64,000 bases of DNA from Camelus ferus. Lineage: Eukaryota. The position numbers and the translations under genes are program-made. The stretch spans positions 119,724,001 to 119,788,000 of the forward strand of contig NC_045696.1 of NCBI RefSeq assembly GCF_009834535.1. The letters are read 5' to 3'. The notes beneath the pieces are model-generated. The model searched no databases and was not told the DNA's origin. It was given only the letters and a program-made list of their open reading frames with translations. Positions 38,204 to 51,399 of the stretch are shown here, piece by piece (within the stretch, counting starts at the first letter, position 1; each line of letters starts with the position of its first letter).

Positions 38204-39554
38204 ATCACCCTTCTGGGGTGACAAATATCCAGTATCGAAATATAACCTTTTGCTCATTATGCCCTCATTTCAATAAAATGAGCTTTGCAGATGAGAAGTG
38301 CCCATCATGTACTAGTGCCAAGATACCTCCCATCCAGACTAAATAAGGACAAAAATCCCTCCTTCCCTCAGGAAGGTGGAGCTGGGAAGGGAATACGACC
38401 CGAAACCCCTCTGTCCCCAGTGAACATTCTGCCCATTCAGTTTTACACCCAGTGTAACCAGCTTGTCAAAGAAACTGAGCCTGCCCGCCCTCCCCTGGAG
38501 AGTGTGCTATCCATCCCTTAGTAAGTCCTCACTTTACTTTCTTGACCTCCGTGTCTCATCTGCGAATTCTTTCTGCGATGAGACAAGAACCTACTCCCCA
38601 GTAATAATTTTTCACTCATTCACTCATCAATCAATATGCATCAGACAAAGATTTTCTAAGCCAAGGGTGCTGTGCTGGGAGCTACAGATACAAAGACGAA
38701 CAGCGCACCGGCTCTGTGCTCAGATGGTGGGTCTCCGCGGAGTCAGAGAAGAAGGTGTGAATCCCAGCATCAGCGCTAGTTTGCACATTAGGACAACTGG
38801 CTGACACAGTCTGTGCTGGTTTCTTCAACTGCGAGATGGCCGTACCCAACCTACTTTGGGGCTGGTGGAGAAGGCTGCAGGAGGCTTTCGGGTGCCACAT
38901 CCAGCCCAGAGCTGTCGCTCACCCCAGGTGTGGCTCACATTAGGACCTGAATAAACATCACGGCCCAGCGAGGTGGGGCTGTGGGAGGGAACAGCCAGTT
39001 GGGTGGGAGAGGATTCAGAGTGCTGGTGATGGAGAGGACATCAGAGGATGGACAAGCTTCCCTATCAGAAGAGGCCGTTTCAAGCAAAGACAACAGCTCC
39101 GAGGCCAGACTGTGCTTGGCCACGAGGGTCTGGCCACGGCTGGACTCGCTGTGAGAGCTGGTGCAGGCAGGGGCGGGGTGTGCCGGCAGTGAACTTCGGG
39201 AAGGTGAGCAACAGGGGAGACGGGAGTTGGATCAAGGGGGTGGCAGCCAGTCTCCAAGGTGGTCCCTGGGATTCTCAGCTCCCCGCGTCTCTGCCTGGCA
39301 TCCCCTCCCAGTTTGGGAGGCGCTGACCTAGGAAACCCGGTATCTTGCGTGTGGAGGCTGAGTCATAGAAGACACTGTGGCTTGCACCCTGTTCTCTCTC
39401 GGATCCTTTGCTCCAAGGAAAGCTGGCTGCCACGTCATGAGGATGCCCGGATGGCCCTTTGAAAGGTCTACGTGGTGGAAGACAGAGCCCCCTGCCAGCA
39501 GCCGGCACCAGTTCACCAGCCCCGTGACCAAGCCATCATGGAAGGGAGCCTCTG

Positions 39555-40195
39555 TCTCCGTGTCCCAGGACGTCACAGCAAAGTACCGCCAACTGGGGGC
39601 TTAAAACACAGAAATTTACTGTCCCACAGTTCTGGAGGCTGGAAGTCCAGGGTCAAAGGGAGACCTGTAGGGGACACTACTTCCCGGACTCTTCCAGCTC
39701 CTGGGAGTTTGCCAGCAAGCCCGCCTCAGGTGTTCCCGGGCTCCTGGGCGCATCCCCTCCATCTCTGCCTCTGTTATCCCCTGGCCATCTTCTCCCTGTG
39801 GGTGTGTCTGTCTGAACGTCATCTTCTCCGAGGACACCAGTCATGGGGGACCTGAGGGCCCACCCTCCTCTAATATGACCTCATCTTAACTTGCATCTTA
39901 ATCACAACCCCCAAGACCCCACTTCCAAATAAGGTCACGTTCCGAGGTGCTGGGGGAGAGGAGGGCAGCACATCTTTGGGGCTGTGATCACTGTAAAATC
40001 CTCCACCTCCGATGAAGCCCCCGCTGACTGCAGCTCCGCCGACACCCGGACGGCAGCCTCGCGAGAGACTCTGGGCCGGGACCGCCCAGCTCAGCCGCCC
40101 CCAGACTCCCGACCCTCAGTGACTCTGCGAGTTAGGGGCACTCACGGCCGTTTGGAGCCACTAAGTTTGGGGTAATCTGTCCTGTGGGAACAGGC
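39555..40195. mobile_element. MaLR (MLT1-type) LTR fragments
   Basis: cacagttctggaggctggaagtcc, atgacctcatcttaact and ccaaataaggtcac (one MLT1, - strand), then agccactaagtttggggtaat (second MLT1, + strand). Confidence 0.75.
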
Positions 40196-40935
40196 ACTCC
40201 AAGACCGAAGCCCCCACAGCAGTCTGGCTCACAGATTCACGTCATGTCAGCCTTTTGTTTTAAATCCGGGCCTTCCTGCACGCTTCATGCTAGTTAAACT
40301 AAAGTGTCATGTACAAATCCACTTTGTGGAGAAAGCATTTGCTCACTGAGTGGGTAACGGCTTGAAGCCATTCTGAATGGCACGGCCCTCTCTGGGCAGG
40401 GCTTCCGGGCCCCGCCACCTCGTGGCTACAGCCAGCCCTCGGCCTGGCTGGGCCTGGGCCACGTGCCTGCTCTGGCCTCACGTGTGATGCCACGCTGGGG
40501 GCCACGGACCACGGAGCAGGCCCACCTGTGGGTCAGCGCCGGCCCAGGCGGGCTTCCCGGGGCGGTGGGCTGCCGGCTGGCCCTCCCCTCGGGGGGCGGT
40601 GGCTTCAGCTTCTCTAAGAGAACAGGGCTTTTGAGGCTCCAGGTGCCTCTCACATCCCCCACGAGGAAACGCAGACGGGCACGGCCGCACCTGCATGAGA
40701 GACCACACGGACCCGCCACCTCCCCCAGCCTGAGGCCACAGAAACACATGTGACTTCCTGCCTCTCTGTTACGGTGAGGATCACCGTTTGCTGCCTGAAT
40801 TTCAGGATCACAGCTGACGAAAGCATGTCACAGCCATTAGTCACAGGTGGGTTTTTTTTTCCCTAAAAATCATTTATTCTACTCATTTCCTCCTGCCTTC
40901 CACTTTGTTCTGTCGTCTGGCAACTACTACTTTTT

Positions 40936-41072
40936 AAAGTTTACTTTTGTTTTTTTTTTGCAGGGGGGTTAATTAGATTTATTATTACTTTTTTAATGGA
41001 GGTGCTGGGGACTGAACCCAGGACCTTGTGCGTGCTAAGCATGCGCTCTACCACTGAGCTACACCCTCCCCC
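40936..41072 (-). mobile_element. tRNA-derived SINE (Vic-1-like)
   Basis: TSD tggcaacta(c/t)tacttttt at 40918 and 41073. Confidence 0.9.
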
Positions 41073-44000
41073 TGGCAACTATTACTTTTTCTTGTAAAAA
41101 TCATTATTTCTTGTCCCTCTTGTTTCTACCTCTTGGGTAATTAGTTCTAAACTGTCAGAAGAAGATAGCTCAGGGAAAGTCTTGGTGCTCTGCTCAGAAG
41201 GGCAGGATATGCATCCAGCAGGTGCTTCATAAATGTTTATGGGGTGAGGTTACTCCACAAGTCTGTATTTAGGCCTGGCCTCTCTCTCTGGCTGATGAAA
41301 ATGAATCATCTTGGCAGGAAGCAGTGCTGTGCATTTCTGAGATAATTTCTGCTTCCCTGGGGCTGAGGGCAGGGCGGCGGCGTGGGCGGCGGGGACAGCC
41401 ACATCCGGAGCCTCCCGGCAGGGCTGCGCTGGCATCTGGGGGAGAGGTCCCTTCCCGGCCCGGAGGGGAGGCTTCCCAGGGCTTCCTCGGGAATCCTGAG
41501 CTGTTCCTCAGAATTCCCGGAAGGCATGAGTGACTCAGGCCAGGCCTTTGTGAGCAGGGCAGTGAGTCAGTGTGTCTTTGCTTCTTTCCCACGTGGCTGA
41601 TTGATTCAACATGCATGAGAAAACTGGCACACAGCGAGGTTCAAATGCACAGGCTGAGGTCCACAGTGAAGGGGAAACTGGGAGGCCAGGAAAGTAAACC
41701 TGGTACTGCCTGACTCTAGGATCTCTGCTCTTTATTATCCTGCCTAAAAGCCAGAAAAGGGTCTGGAAGGCTACCCTGGGGGTGGAGAGGATAGGAGATG
41801 GGGAAAGAATTTCATTTTTTACTTTGGGTAATTTAATCTATATGCACATACTGTTTTTAAAAAGGAGATAAAAATAAAGAGTCAACATTGGAGAGGAAAA
41901 TCATAGAACGCTAACTATCCATTCTCTAAAAATGATCTGCTTTAAAAATGACCTGCATGATAGGTTACATTTCAATAAAAAGGAAAAAAAAAAATTTTAA
42001 ATGACCTGCCACAGTTACTGGGCATAGAGTCAAAGTGACTGAAACGTTGGAGAAAAATGATACAGAAACCAGTGGCCTAAAAAAAGGTCTTTGCACATGG
42101 AATGATTTTGCATCTGCAGCTGATATTGCGGGAGGTCCTCGCTCTGTCCCCGGGGGCCTCTCCAGAGGCACCTGTTGAGTGAGTAAATGGAAGACAGGAG
42201 TGGGCCCACGTCCTCGGTGGCTCCCGCAACCTATGTGCAGAGAGGGCCCTGAGGCGGACTGGGGCGAGCCTGCAGCATTGTTCCTGCCTGCACAGCTGGG
42301 CAAGAGAAGGCTCTTGCCCCAGGCGAGTGTGATTTATGAGGGTGTCAGGGATCCCTGGATGAGACCCGCGGTGCACGAGGAACCCTGTTACTCATTTGTT
42401 CCTGTCGTGGCCGTCTCCACGGCACTTTCCCCAGCCTCTCTCTCCAGGGCCTGGCACCCTTTCTTTCCAGTCTTCCTGAGTCCCGCCTGGCACTTTCCGT
42501 TTACTGACAGAGGAGCAGATGTAAGAACAGTTCCCCTTCTATTTTTAAAAGTGACCTTGGGATGCCAGTGTTACCAGTCCCTCTGGATGGATTCTGGCCG
42601 ACTGCGATGGAAAGGTCCCCAGGGCGGCCTTTTCTAAAGTGGCTTCTGCTTTGAGACTTTGTTTCTTACCCTAGAAAATGTTTGAGGCTTGTGAAATTCC
42701 TAGACATCCTGGGGGTCACTAGGTCGCCAAGAATAAGGAAAACACCCCCCGCAAACGCCGCCCTGGTTTTGTGGGCGTGTGAAATACAAACTGACATTTA
42801 TTTTTCTTTTGTGTGTGTGTGATTCTTGTTTAGCTCTTTATTCAAAATACCCACGGTTGAAGGCAGGGTCAGAAGCTTCCCGTCCCGACCGTGTGTTGCT
42901 ATCTCAGCTGCAGCCTTTCAAATGGTTACTAGATTGAATTATATATTATGTGATTTGAATCAAAATAAACATTATTTTTGAAACATATTAATCTAAGTAT
43001 AAACAACTGGTGCCAATTTTGGGTACAAGCTTGCCAACTCTAAATGTAAAAAAACAGACAATGTAAATGAGTAGCCAAAGGTTATGGAGACAACAGGTCA
43101 ACTCATTTCTGCTGGCGCCTTGAGCTCCCTTCTTAGAGCCACGAAACAGCGCCCCTGGCCTCCCACTGTGCGGGTGGGACACGTTTCTCACGTTGAGTCC
43201 TAATGAGCTCTGACTGCTGACTCAATGGGCAACATTTTGTTTAGGAAAACACAAGAAAACCCAAAGAACATATTTAGGCCAGCTTCCAGCAACATCTGGA
43301 CACACGACAGCCAGGAGAAGACTGCTGTGTATTCTGCTTGATATTGAGAAACAGGTGCTCTTATATCAATGATGAGAATTTTTAATGGTACAAACATGTT
43401 GGAAAAATGAATTTAACCCTACAAATCCTGCACCAACAAGATATCCCGTGCCCAGGATTTTACTGAAGGGAAAAGAAGGTCCAGATACATGTGTCCATGC
43501 ATGCCCAGAGCAGCTTTTACAGCTCACGTCTATGGATGGTGCAGCACAGCTAGAACACCGTCTTGAGAAACGAGGCCCGGGGAATATTCGAGCTAAGTGA
43601 GATTCCCCTCACTCACCACCCTGCTTTCACCGCTAGAGGACACAACCGAGCATTTGCGGAATAAAGGAAGAGGTCATTTCGTGGTGTGATCTAAGAATTA
43701 TAATATATATTTGAAGAGAGAAGTTGACCATGGGGGAGCTGACTGTTGGGCACAGAATGTGAAGTTGGAGGAACTCTGATTAAAGGAGGGGCTGGCCCTG
43801 CTGCCACTGGCTTCAGTGCTGCTCAGGTGCTGATCCTTTGAAATGGATGCCTGAGTGGAGGGGAATGTTGGTGTGTTCCCTGGGGCTTGTGTGACCTCTT
43901 CCAGGATCCTGAGCACTATTAGCATGTCTGCCATCTCTTCTTGTTTAGACTGCAGGAATCCTGGACCAGTTCTTGGACCAGAGAATTGAGTTCCTTTCTC

Positions 44001-44583
44001 AAATGCAGGCTGACCCTCATCATTTTCCTGTTAAGTATCAGCGAGGCTAAGTATATTTAATGAATCTCGTTTGAGCCTGGCGTTCTCTGCAGATGTCCCC
44101 ACGCCAGCATTCTCCTTTTCAGCAGTACCAATCTTGCTAATGAGTTGGCATTTCCCCCAAGTCAGTGCAGCCAGAGTTTTCGCCAACTTCTCTTTGTGTC
44201 TTCCATAAAGTCGACTTGTACAAGACTGACCAAGTCTGAAAGTACGTAAGACACCGACCAATAACCTGCTGACAGGCAGACATGCCGCTGTCAGCCCTTC
44301 TCGGTTTTGGAAAGCGAACTGTGAACTCAGGCCAGTGGGCGGCAGCAACACCACAACCTCAGTCAGCTTCTCAAAGAAGAGCCCTAAGCCAAGCTCCACA
44401 GGGCACGGCAGCCCCCGCACGGCACTGACCCCGCACAGGGCTCTGCCCGGTCGCCGTGGAGCCACCAGCCACACCAGCCCCGGGGAACACACCAACTTTC
44501 CACCTGGAACCCCACCAGCAGCTGACACCCTGGGTTGGTCAGATACCTCGTCAGTGTTGGGGGAGGGGCTGTGTAAACTGACA

Positions 44584-44589
44584 TTTATT
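44584..44589 (-). promoter_or_regulatory. BTD: BTD polyadenylation signal
   Basis: AATAAA on the - strand, ~275 nt after the stop codon. Confidence 0.65.
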
Positions 44590-44863
44590 TTTGTTTGAGT
44601 TCTTATAACAATTGTGTAATGAAAGCCCTACCGGAGGAAGATGTGGCTTGGAAAGTGGAAATGCAAGTAGAAAAATGCCAGAGGTGTCTTGCTAATTTGT
44701 ATTTAAGAGGAAGAGACACTGGTGAAGTCTGTTTCCCTGCTTCTTCCTATGGCGCCCAGGAGGGACTCCGGGGCGGGGAGAGGTGGCCCACGTGCCCCGG
44801 ACTTCGGCCTGTGCCCACGCAGGGGGCGGCCCCCGCGTTGGCCAGAGCCCACCCCGCACCCTC

Positions 44864-46036
44864 CTAGTCCCTCTCGTACACCCGCCCGTACAGAGCAGCC
44901 GTCACCAGACCAGAGGACAGGCCCCGCTTCGTCAGGAAGTAGTGATCGCTCTCCCAGCCAAGCTGGTCAGGGGTTTCCAGGGTCATCCCTGAGGTCAGCA
45001 GCATCGGGAAGACATAGGGGGTGCTGAAGTTCCCCCACAGGTGAAACTCAAACATCCCCGCGGCCTCCGTGATCTCCTGACCACAGGTGTCAAAGCCGAG
45101 CCCCCCGCACTTGACCAGGGCGCAAGCCTGCACGTAGTAAGTACCGTGCACGGTGTGAAGACCGTCGAAGACCCCCAGGGCATACAGCTCTTTGGACAGA
45201 GTGGGCCTCTGGTAGAGTAACTGACAGCAAAGGCCATTGGCGCAGACTCGGAGGTGGCCCTCCTTTCCCCAGACAGGGACCAGGGTGAAATTGTCATACA
45301 TCATCTCAGAGTAGAAGGTGGCAGGAGTGCTCGTGTCCCATCCGGTGGCTCCGTTGCAGTGGACATCCTGAGCGTCCTTCTCAGAGTACAGACCAGCTGC
45401 CAAGATCTTTAAAAACTTACCGTGGGCTGGGTCTGTTTTACCTGTGGCATTCGCTGCACCAACGAGACCCAGTGGGTTTTTGGCCACCGGGGCAACTATA
45501 AGGTGGCCTTCGGGGCTCTCCATGTCATGGTGCCAGAAAGACTTCCGAGGGGCGTGTATGCCGCTTCCGGTCATCCCTAGAGACGGGTGGTGGATGTTGG
45601 CGGCCAGGAGGTTGATGCCAAAGGCAGTGGCGAAGCCCCTCTGGATCTGCACAGCCGCCAAGAGCGGGAGCTGGTTCATCCAGGCGGTCGGGTACACCAC
45701 GTGCTTCACCTCAGGGTCCCTGAGCAGCCTGGCGGCAGGTTCAAAGAACAGGATGTCAAAGCAAGTGAAGACGCCAAACTTGCCAGCAAAGGGGGTGTCG
45801 AAGATGATGTGGTCCACCTCGAGGGGGGTGTCAAATGCCGCCTCGAAGTAGAGGTTGTGTTTGCGGTAGCGGTCAACCAGGGTCCCGTTACTGCTGAACA
45901 CAATGTTGGTGTTGAACTGGTACCTTCCATCATTTGGGCACCCTGGGTCCCTGCTGTGACAAGGTTGCTTGGTCCCAAGATTGGCCACCAGGAACATCTC
46001 TCCCTTGAGAGCCATACAACTCAGACGCTGGAGGAC
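44864..46036 (-). CDS. BTD: Biotinidase last coding exon (exon 4)
   Basis: ccag|GTC phase-0 acceptor; 1173 bp open to [32 protein letters not shown] (catalytic Lys)..FTCFDILF (catalytic Cys)..LYGRVYERD. Confidence 0.97.
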   Translation of the reverse strand, partial: VLQRLSCMALKGEMFLVANLGTKQPCHSRDPGCPNDGRYQFNTNIVFSSNGTLVDRYRKHNLYFEAAFDTPLEVDHIIFDTPFAGKFGVFTCFDILFFEPAARLLRDPEVKHVVYPTAWMNQLPLLAAVQIQRGFATAFGINLLAANIHHPSLGMTGSGIHAPRKSFWHHDMESPEGHLIVAPVAKNPLGLVGAANATGKTDPAHGKFLKILAAGLYSEKDAQDVHCNGATGWDTSTPATFYSEMMYDNFTLVPVWGKEGHLRVCANGLCCQLLYQRPTLSKELYALGVFDGLHTVHGTYYVQACALVKCGGLGFDTCGQEITEAAGMFEFHLWGNFSTPYVFPMLLTSGMTLETPDQLGWESDHYFLTKRGLSSGLVTAALYGRVYERD

Positions 46037-46109
46037 CTGGCAGGGAAAAAGTATAAATAGACAGAATTTTTAAACCCTGCCTTCTGCTTATAATTGTAAA
46101 ATAGAAGAG

Positions 46110-46420
46110 TACCTGTGGTGTATCCATAATATGTAAACAGCTAACCCAAATCAATAAGAAAAAAATAACCAGTCCTGAAAGTGTGCAAAGGGTACAAACA
46201 GGTGATTCACAGAACAAAGACAAATGGCCCACAAACATTTGAGAGGATGCTCAAGTTCATGAGTGACAAGCAGATGCAAATTAAAATAAGGTGTCATTTT
46301 TCACCTTCATAAGACTGGCAAAAATTTAGAATTCCATCTTGCATCGACCAAAGGATGGGGAAAAAGGCACTTTTGCTCTGCTAGTGGGCATCTAAATTGA
46401 AATCAAAATCTTTTAAAGGG
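46110..46420 (+). mobile_element. Old L1 ORF2 fragment in BTD intron 3
   Basis: caaatcaataagaaaaaaataacc...aaatggcccacaaacatttgagaggatgctca...atgcaaattaaaa. Confidence 0.7.
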
Positions 46421-46598
46421 AAAAAATATCTTTTAAAAGGAAGTGCCTGTGGAGCACATGAGGCCTGGGTGTGATTTGTAGGACCCTAAGGTCGCCTCCC
46501 AGTCTCATTCAGCATGTCTTGGCTTTTGGCGAGTGGCATGGTTCACCTCTGCATGCCTTCAGAGCAGGTGGTGGAGGAAGGCTGGTCCCCTCATGTAC

Positions 46599-46748
46599 CT
46601 CCGTGTCATTGAATCGGTGGGGCTCCAGGCATGGGTTCCATCCGATCAAGTGGGGAGATGGCATGAAGTCCAAAAATGGGTAAATGGAGGTTCTTGTGAA
46701 GTTGAATCCGTGAATCCCGTCTTCTGGGAACACTATGATCTGTGCGCC
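46599..46748 (-). CDS. BTD: Biotinidase exon 3
   Basis: ttacag| ... |gtacat; 150 bp, phase 0 to phase 0; [50 protein letters not shown] (catalytic Glu in FPEDG). Confidence 0.96.
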
Positions 46749-47119
46749 CTGTAAGTCAAACACCAGCGGACAGTCTGTGGTCAGACAATGGGAGTTACTC
46801 CCTCACTCACCCGACAGCCATCCAGCAGTAGCCCTGACCCAGGAAGCAGAGGTGAAAAGGTGGAGTTTGGACTCGGCAGGGATCTCGGCCCTGGGGGAGC
46901 TGACTCACTCGGCCTGACTCCGAGGGAACAGACCAAGTCCCCCAGGAACCAGCACTGACTGTATCTGGGCTCGTCAGGGAGGAAGGGATGAGTGAGCCTG
47001 GTGGGAGGGGCAGGAGTCGGGGGGGGGGTTTGTTGGGATGCAGTGGGACAGGAGGTGAGGGGGTGGCAGCGACTCTAAAGGACTTTGAATCTGGGGCTCA
47101 TTAGCAGACGTGCTGCCTG

Positions 47120-47325
47120 GAGTCCAGTGGTTTTCAATTTTCACTATGCATCTAAACCAGACAGGGGACTTCTGAAAAAAAAAAACACTCTGTTTAGGGG
47201 TGATGCTGGGACCCCCTCGCTAAAAAATCTGCTTCAACAGACTGTGGGTGGGGTCCCGGAAACAGAGTTTGTGTGAAGCTCCCCACGTGACCCTAACGTG
47301 CAGCCAAGGCTGGGACCCACCGGGC
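47120..47325. mobile_element. MER5-type hAT MITE fragments (similar fragments at ~50680-51015 and ~57450-57640)
   Basis: cagtggttttcaa...tgcagccaaggctggga; tgcacatcagaatccactggggagc; ctggtccgcggaccac. Confidence 0.55.
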
Positions 47326-50300
47326 TGGTGGGTGAAAGTCAGTGCGTTGATTTCAGCACAGAAACCAGGACCTGATCCAAGTGGTGTTTCTCCAGCTGGG
47401 AGTGAGGAGGCTCCCATCGCAATCCTGACCAACCCTGGTCCTCCTCCCAGACCTGGAGACACCCCGGGCTCCCCGTGATGGCAGCAGCAAACTAAGAACC
47501 CTAGCCGCACGGGGCAGTGCCCGGCCGCGCCCTCCTGCCGCTCTGGGCTGACAAGGCTCAAAGCGTCAAGCCTGGAATATCACCCCTGGAACATTATCAA
47601 TGGAGAGGTGGAGGAGGCAGGCAGGGCAGGATGAGTGATCTAAAATAACAGGCAATTTGAGTCACTTATTTCTGGAATGCTCTGCAAACTCTTATCATTT
47701 TTTCCCCTGGTTATAAAAGCTTCAAAAGTTTAATTGCAGAAAAATCTGGAAAACAGAAAATTTAAAGGAGGAGTTCATAATTGTGTATCATGAAGATGCG
47801 TATTGTTAATATATTGGTGATTTTTATTTTTCTCTCTCTCTCTATAGGTGTGTGTATAATTGAGACCATAACAAATGTGTGGTTTTCCACCTTGACTCTC
47901 TCACTCCAGAACATTAAGACTCCAAAGATAAGAAATAGCATTTGTGGGTTACAGTTAAGAGGACACCAGTTTATCCTCTATTGTCGGACATTTGAATTGT
48001 TCCCAATTTTTTTGGTAATAAAAAGAAAACTGTGCTGACTGCCTGTGTACAGGTGCTCAAAACACTTCCTGAACGAGTGATGTACACAAATCTTTGACTG
48101 GCGCTCCCTTATGTCTTTAGAATAAAGCCTCATCAGAGAAAGTCCTGGGTCAAGGGCATGAGAAATTTTAAGTTCTTAACATAACGTTGCCAAATAGCTT
48201 TCCAGAAGGCTTACAGCAACGTACACGCCCTCCAGCAGAATGTGAGGCCAGTCGTCTTACTGCATGTTATAATGAAAAATCAGCACAAACCTGGGAATAC
48301 AGAAAGTTGAAAAATGTATGCTTTCCAAGAGATACTGGGGTTCTGATTAACAAGCTCACTCAAGGGTTGTTTATCCAGTGAATGTACCACTGTTTGACTT
48401 TACTATTTAATAAAAGATCACCCTAAAGACAATTTTATGGCCTGTAGAACATTAGCCAGTTTTGTGTCTATTAGCAGATCCATTTCAACATTCACTTGAC
48501 TGACGGATACACTCCTGTTCCTCAAATCCCCTTGTGAATGAGCTTTACCATCTTCCTGGTTCCTTCGTTAATTAATGGGCTAAATAAAAGCTCTGGCACA
48601 AGACCAACCTACACTTGAGAGTATAGGATACATGTTTTTAACTTTTTGAAAATTATGCTTTGACAAATATTTTCCTTGATTAAAAAAAACTTTGAGAGCG
48701 ATGAATGGTTTCTTAGGGATAGTAACAGTTATGTATATGTATTGGGTTAACAGTGAAAATGAAATTGCGTCTCCTGGACACGCATCTGCCAGGAGTGAGG
48801 AACCAAGCCCGAGCTGGGGCAGAGCTTCGGGTCTGACGCGATTACCTGTCCTTTCTAGGAAGGAACTCACGTTCCTGATGAAGGGTTGAGCAATTTGCTG
48901 ATGGACATCAATGAGATAAAAAATTCCTGGGGATTAGGAGGTCAGCCCGGGTGACCGACCAGCCTAGTATCGTTAAGCTAGAGTCCTTCTCTTCCCATCA
49001 AGAGAGAACTAAAACGATTTAACTGGCTTGCTCAGGAGCCAACACCCTTGTAGGCAGTTTGATGTAAAACTCTGACACACGCTCGGAGCGCCTGTCTTCG
49101 AGGTTGCTTCAACACACGCAACCACAGAGCGGAGTGGGATATCTGCGAGCCCTAGAAATGCCCAGATCAGCAGCTCCACCCCTGCTCCTGGACCACAGAC
49201 ACGGAAGGGGTGATGCCCGCAGTCAGCGTGGGTTCAAGGAAAACCCGTGGTATGTTTCACTTGGGGGCGGGTGACTAAAACGCAGGGGGACAGTGTGGCC
49301 ACAGTTCCTGGGTTTCAGTGAGGCATCCGCCACATGCCTTAGCACCATCTTCAGGACAGGATGGAGAGTAGAGGGGTGAGGTGTCAGGGCCGTGCAAGCA
49401 AGCACCTCCGTGCAGAGAACACCCTGGAGCAGATCTGCGTCAGGAGGAGGGCTGAGGGGACGCAGCCTGGAGTGTTTTTATGCTGATGTCAGAGCGGATA
49501 CAAAAGAGGTGTTTCCAGAGGTGTGGACGATGGTGAAGGTGCCCACAGAGCCCGGTGGGCGGGACTGATGAAATTTAACAGCACGCACATGGCGCCTGCT
49601 CTCGGGTTAGAGAAGTTAACCTCACAAGGATGGGACAGCCGTGGCAATGTGTGTCTGTGTGGAAAGGGCTCTGGAGCCTGGGCCGACAGCAAGCGCTTTG
49701 TGAGTCCCAACCAGACGTGGTTGTCAAAAGCTATCTGGGGGCAGCACCTGGCACCACAGAGGCAGTCTCCTCCGCCCTCGGCGGACAGGCCGGGAGGGCT
49801 GCAGGAGCTCAGGGCCCACACGTGACCTGGAAGGTCTTTGGTGGCAGGGTGAGAACAGCATCTCTCAGTGGCCATGGGAAGGACAGGGGGATACAGCTGG
49901 TGACGGGTGCCACCACAGCGCCCTCAGATCTGGGGAAGACGGCATGCGTGCGGAGGGACTCGGTCTGCTCTGTTTGGCCCAGAGGATGGGACAGTGGGTG
50001 ACAGTCAGAGGGAGGCTGTTGCTCACAGAAAAGAAGCCTTTTCCATAAGTTCCCACTGCCCTCAAGTGGAGCGTGTGGACCTGGGAGGCAGCGTGTCCAG
50101 GGCCACTGGAAGCTCTCAGGAGCAGCTGGATGGCAGGCTGGGGACAAGAGTGTCGCCCATCAGAAGACGGTGGGCCAGGCCTTTGGGCGCCCTTCCAACA
50201 TTAGTGTGTTATGTAAGTATGTCCCACAGGCTAGACCCTAAACTGGAGTGGTGGGCAGTGGCCGTCCAGGGAGTCCTGACCGCCCTGAACAGAGTCGGGG

Positions 50301-51149
50301 GCTGTTTGGGCGGGACTTGCTGGCAGGATGCGACTGTCCTCTGAACTCGCAGACACAGGGCGCAGAGAGTGCCTCCTGTCCAGACAGTGGGCTGGTCCCC
50401 ACCGCCACAAGGGTTAAAGGCCAGACTTCCTCCCAGCAGGTCACCTTCCTACAGTAACTTTGGGCACTGACACCACCGGGTCTGCACCACTCTTCCTGGC
50501 AGGAGAGGCTGGCACTGGTGCCCTCGGTCTGTGTGGGCTGAGTTCTCAGACTGCTCTGGTCTGGCACAGAGACCAGAAAGGAGTCCTGTGTAATCGGGGG
50601 GCAGCAAACTGCAGCTCCGGGGATGCTTACTACCCCAGGTAAACTCCGAGGGCCTCCGAGGGCATGAGAGGCCGTCAAGCCTGGGGCTCTCAGACTTTTC
50701 TGCACATCAGAATCCACTGGGGAGCCTTGAAAAATCCCAAAGCTCAGCCTGCAGCCCAGACGATGGCAGGCGTGGGAGCCTGGCCCCCACATTTGTTTCT
50801 TAGCGGCCAGGCCACTCCTCCACACAGCCGGCGTGAGAACAGGGGTCTGCCACAGGCTTCTGGGACTGGAGGGGGAGCATCATCAGGGGGGCCTTGCTAA
50901 AGTGTGGAGTCTGAATCAGCAGCTCTAGGGCAGGGCCCCAATTCTCACTTCTTCCATCTCTAGGGCAGGGGCAACTGCTGCGGCTGGTCCGCGGACCACC
51001 CTCTGAGTAGCAGGACTCAGCCAGCTGACTAATTCCACTTAGCTTATCAGCTGATTTTCCAAAGGGGCTGCGGGAACCACCGATGGGGGCTAACGAGCAA
51101 TCTGCCCTGTTCTGCGGACCAGCCACCCTGACCCGGGAGCGTATCTTGC

Positions 51150-51399
51150 CTTTTGGGCCTGCAGCCATCACTTGCTGTTCGTATACATCAAGGTTCTGGT
51201 TCATGAGCTCCAAGGCCTGCCTGCGGCTGATGAGGTCCAGTGGGTTCGGGCTCAGGATGGACCGGTGCTCGTACACGGCAGCCACGTACTGGTCGGCCTG
51301 GTGATGCTCGGCCGGGCAGTGCTCACCGGTGTGGACCCCCAGGGCGGCCACATAGCAGCCGCAGAGGAGAAGCGCCAGCGGCCGGCTGGCTCCAGACAT
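51150..51399 (-). CDS. BTD: Biotinidase exon 2 coding part (exon 51415-51150; ATG at 51399), GC donor, apparent +1 insertion
   Basis: ttctag| acceptor at 51415; [21 protein letters not shown] signal peptide, [27 protein letters not shown]; donor AAG|gcaaga; ATG to donor is 250 nt (3n+1). Confidence 0.9.

Larger units (their letters stand above)
27339..38606 (+). mobile_element. Outer class I (gamma-like) endogenous retrovirus, defective, two LTRs
   Basis: 5' LTR 27339-27938 (tgttagagcaggcagacagctgg...ggcaaca) and 3' LTR 37262-38606 (tgttagagcaggcagatagctgg...agtaata); polypurine tract gaggggggaa just before 37262; gag and pro remnants inside. Confidence 0.9.
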
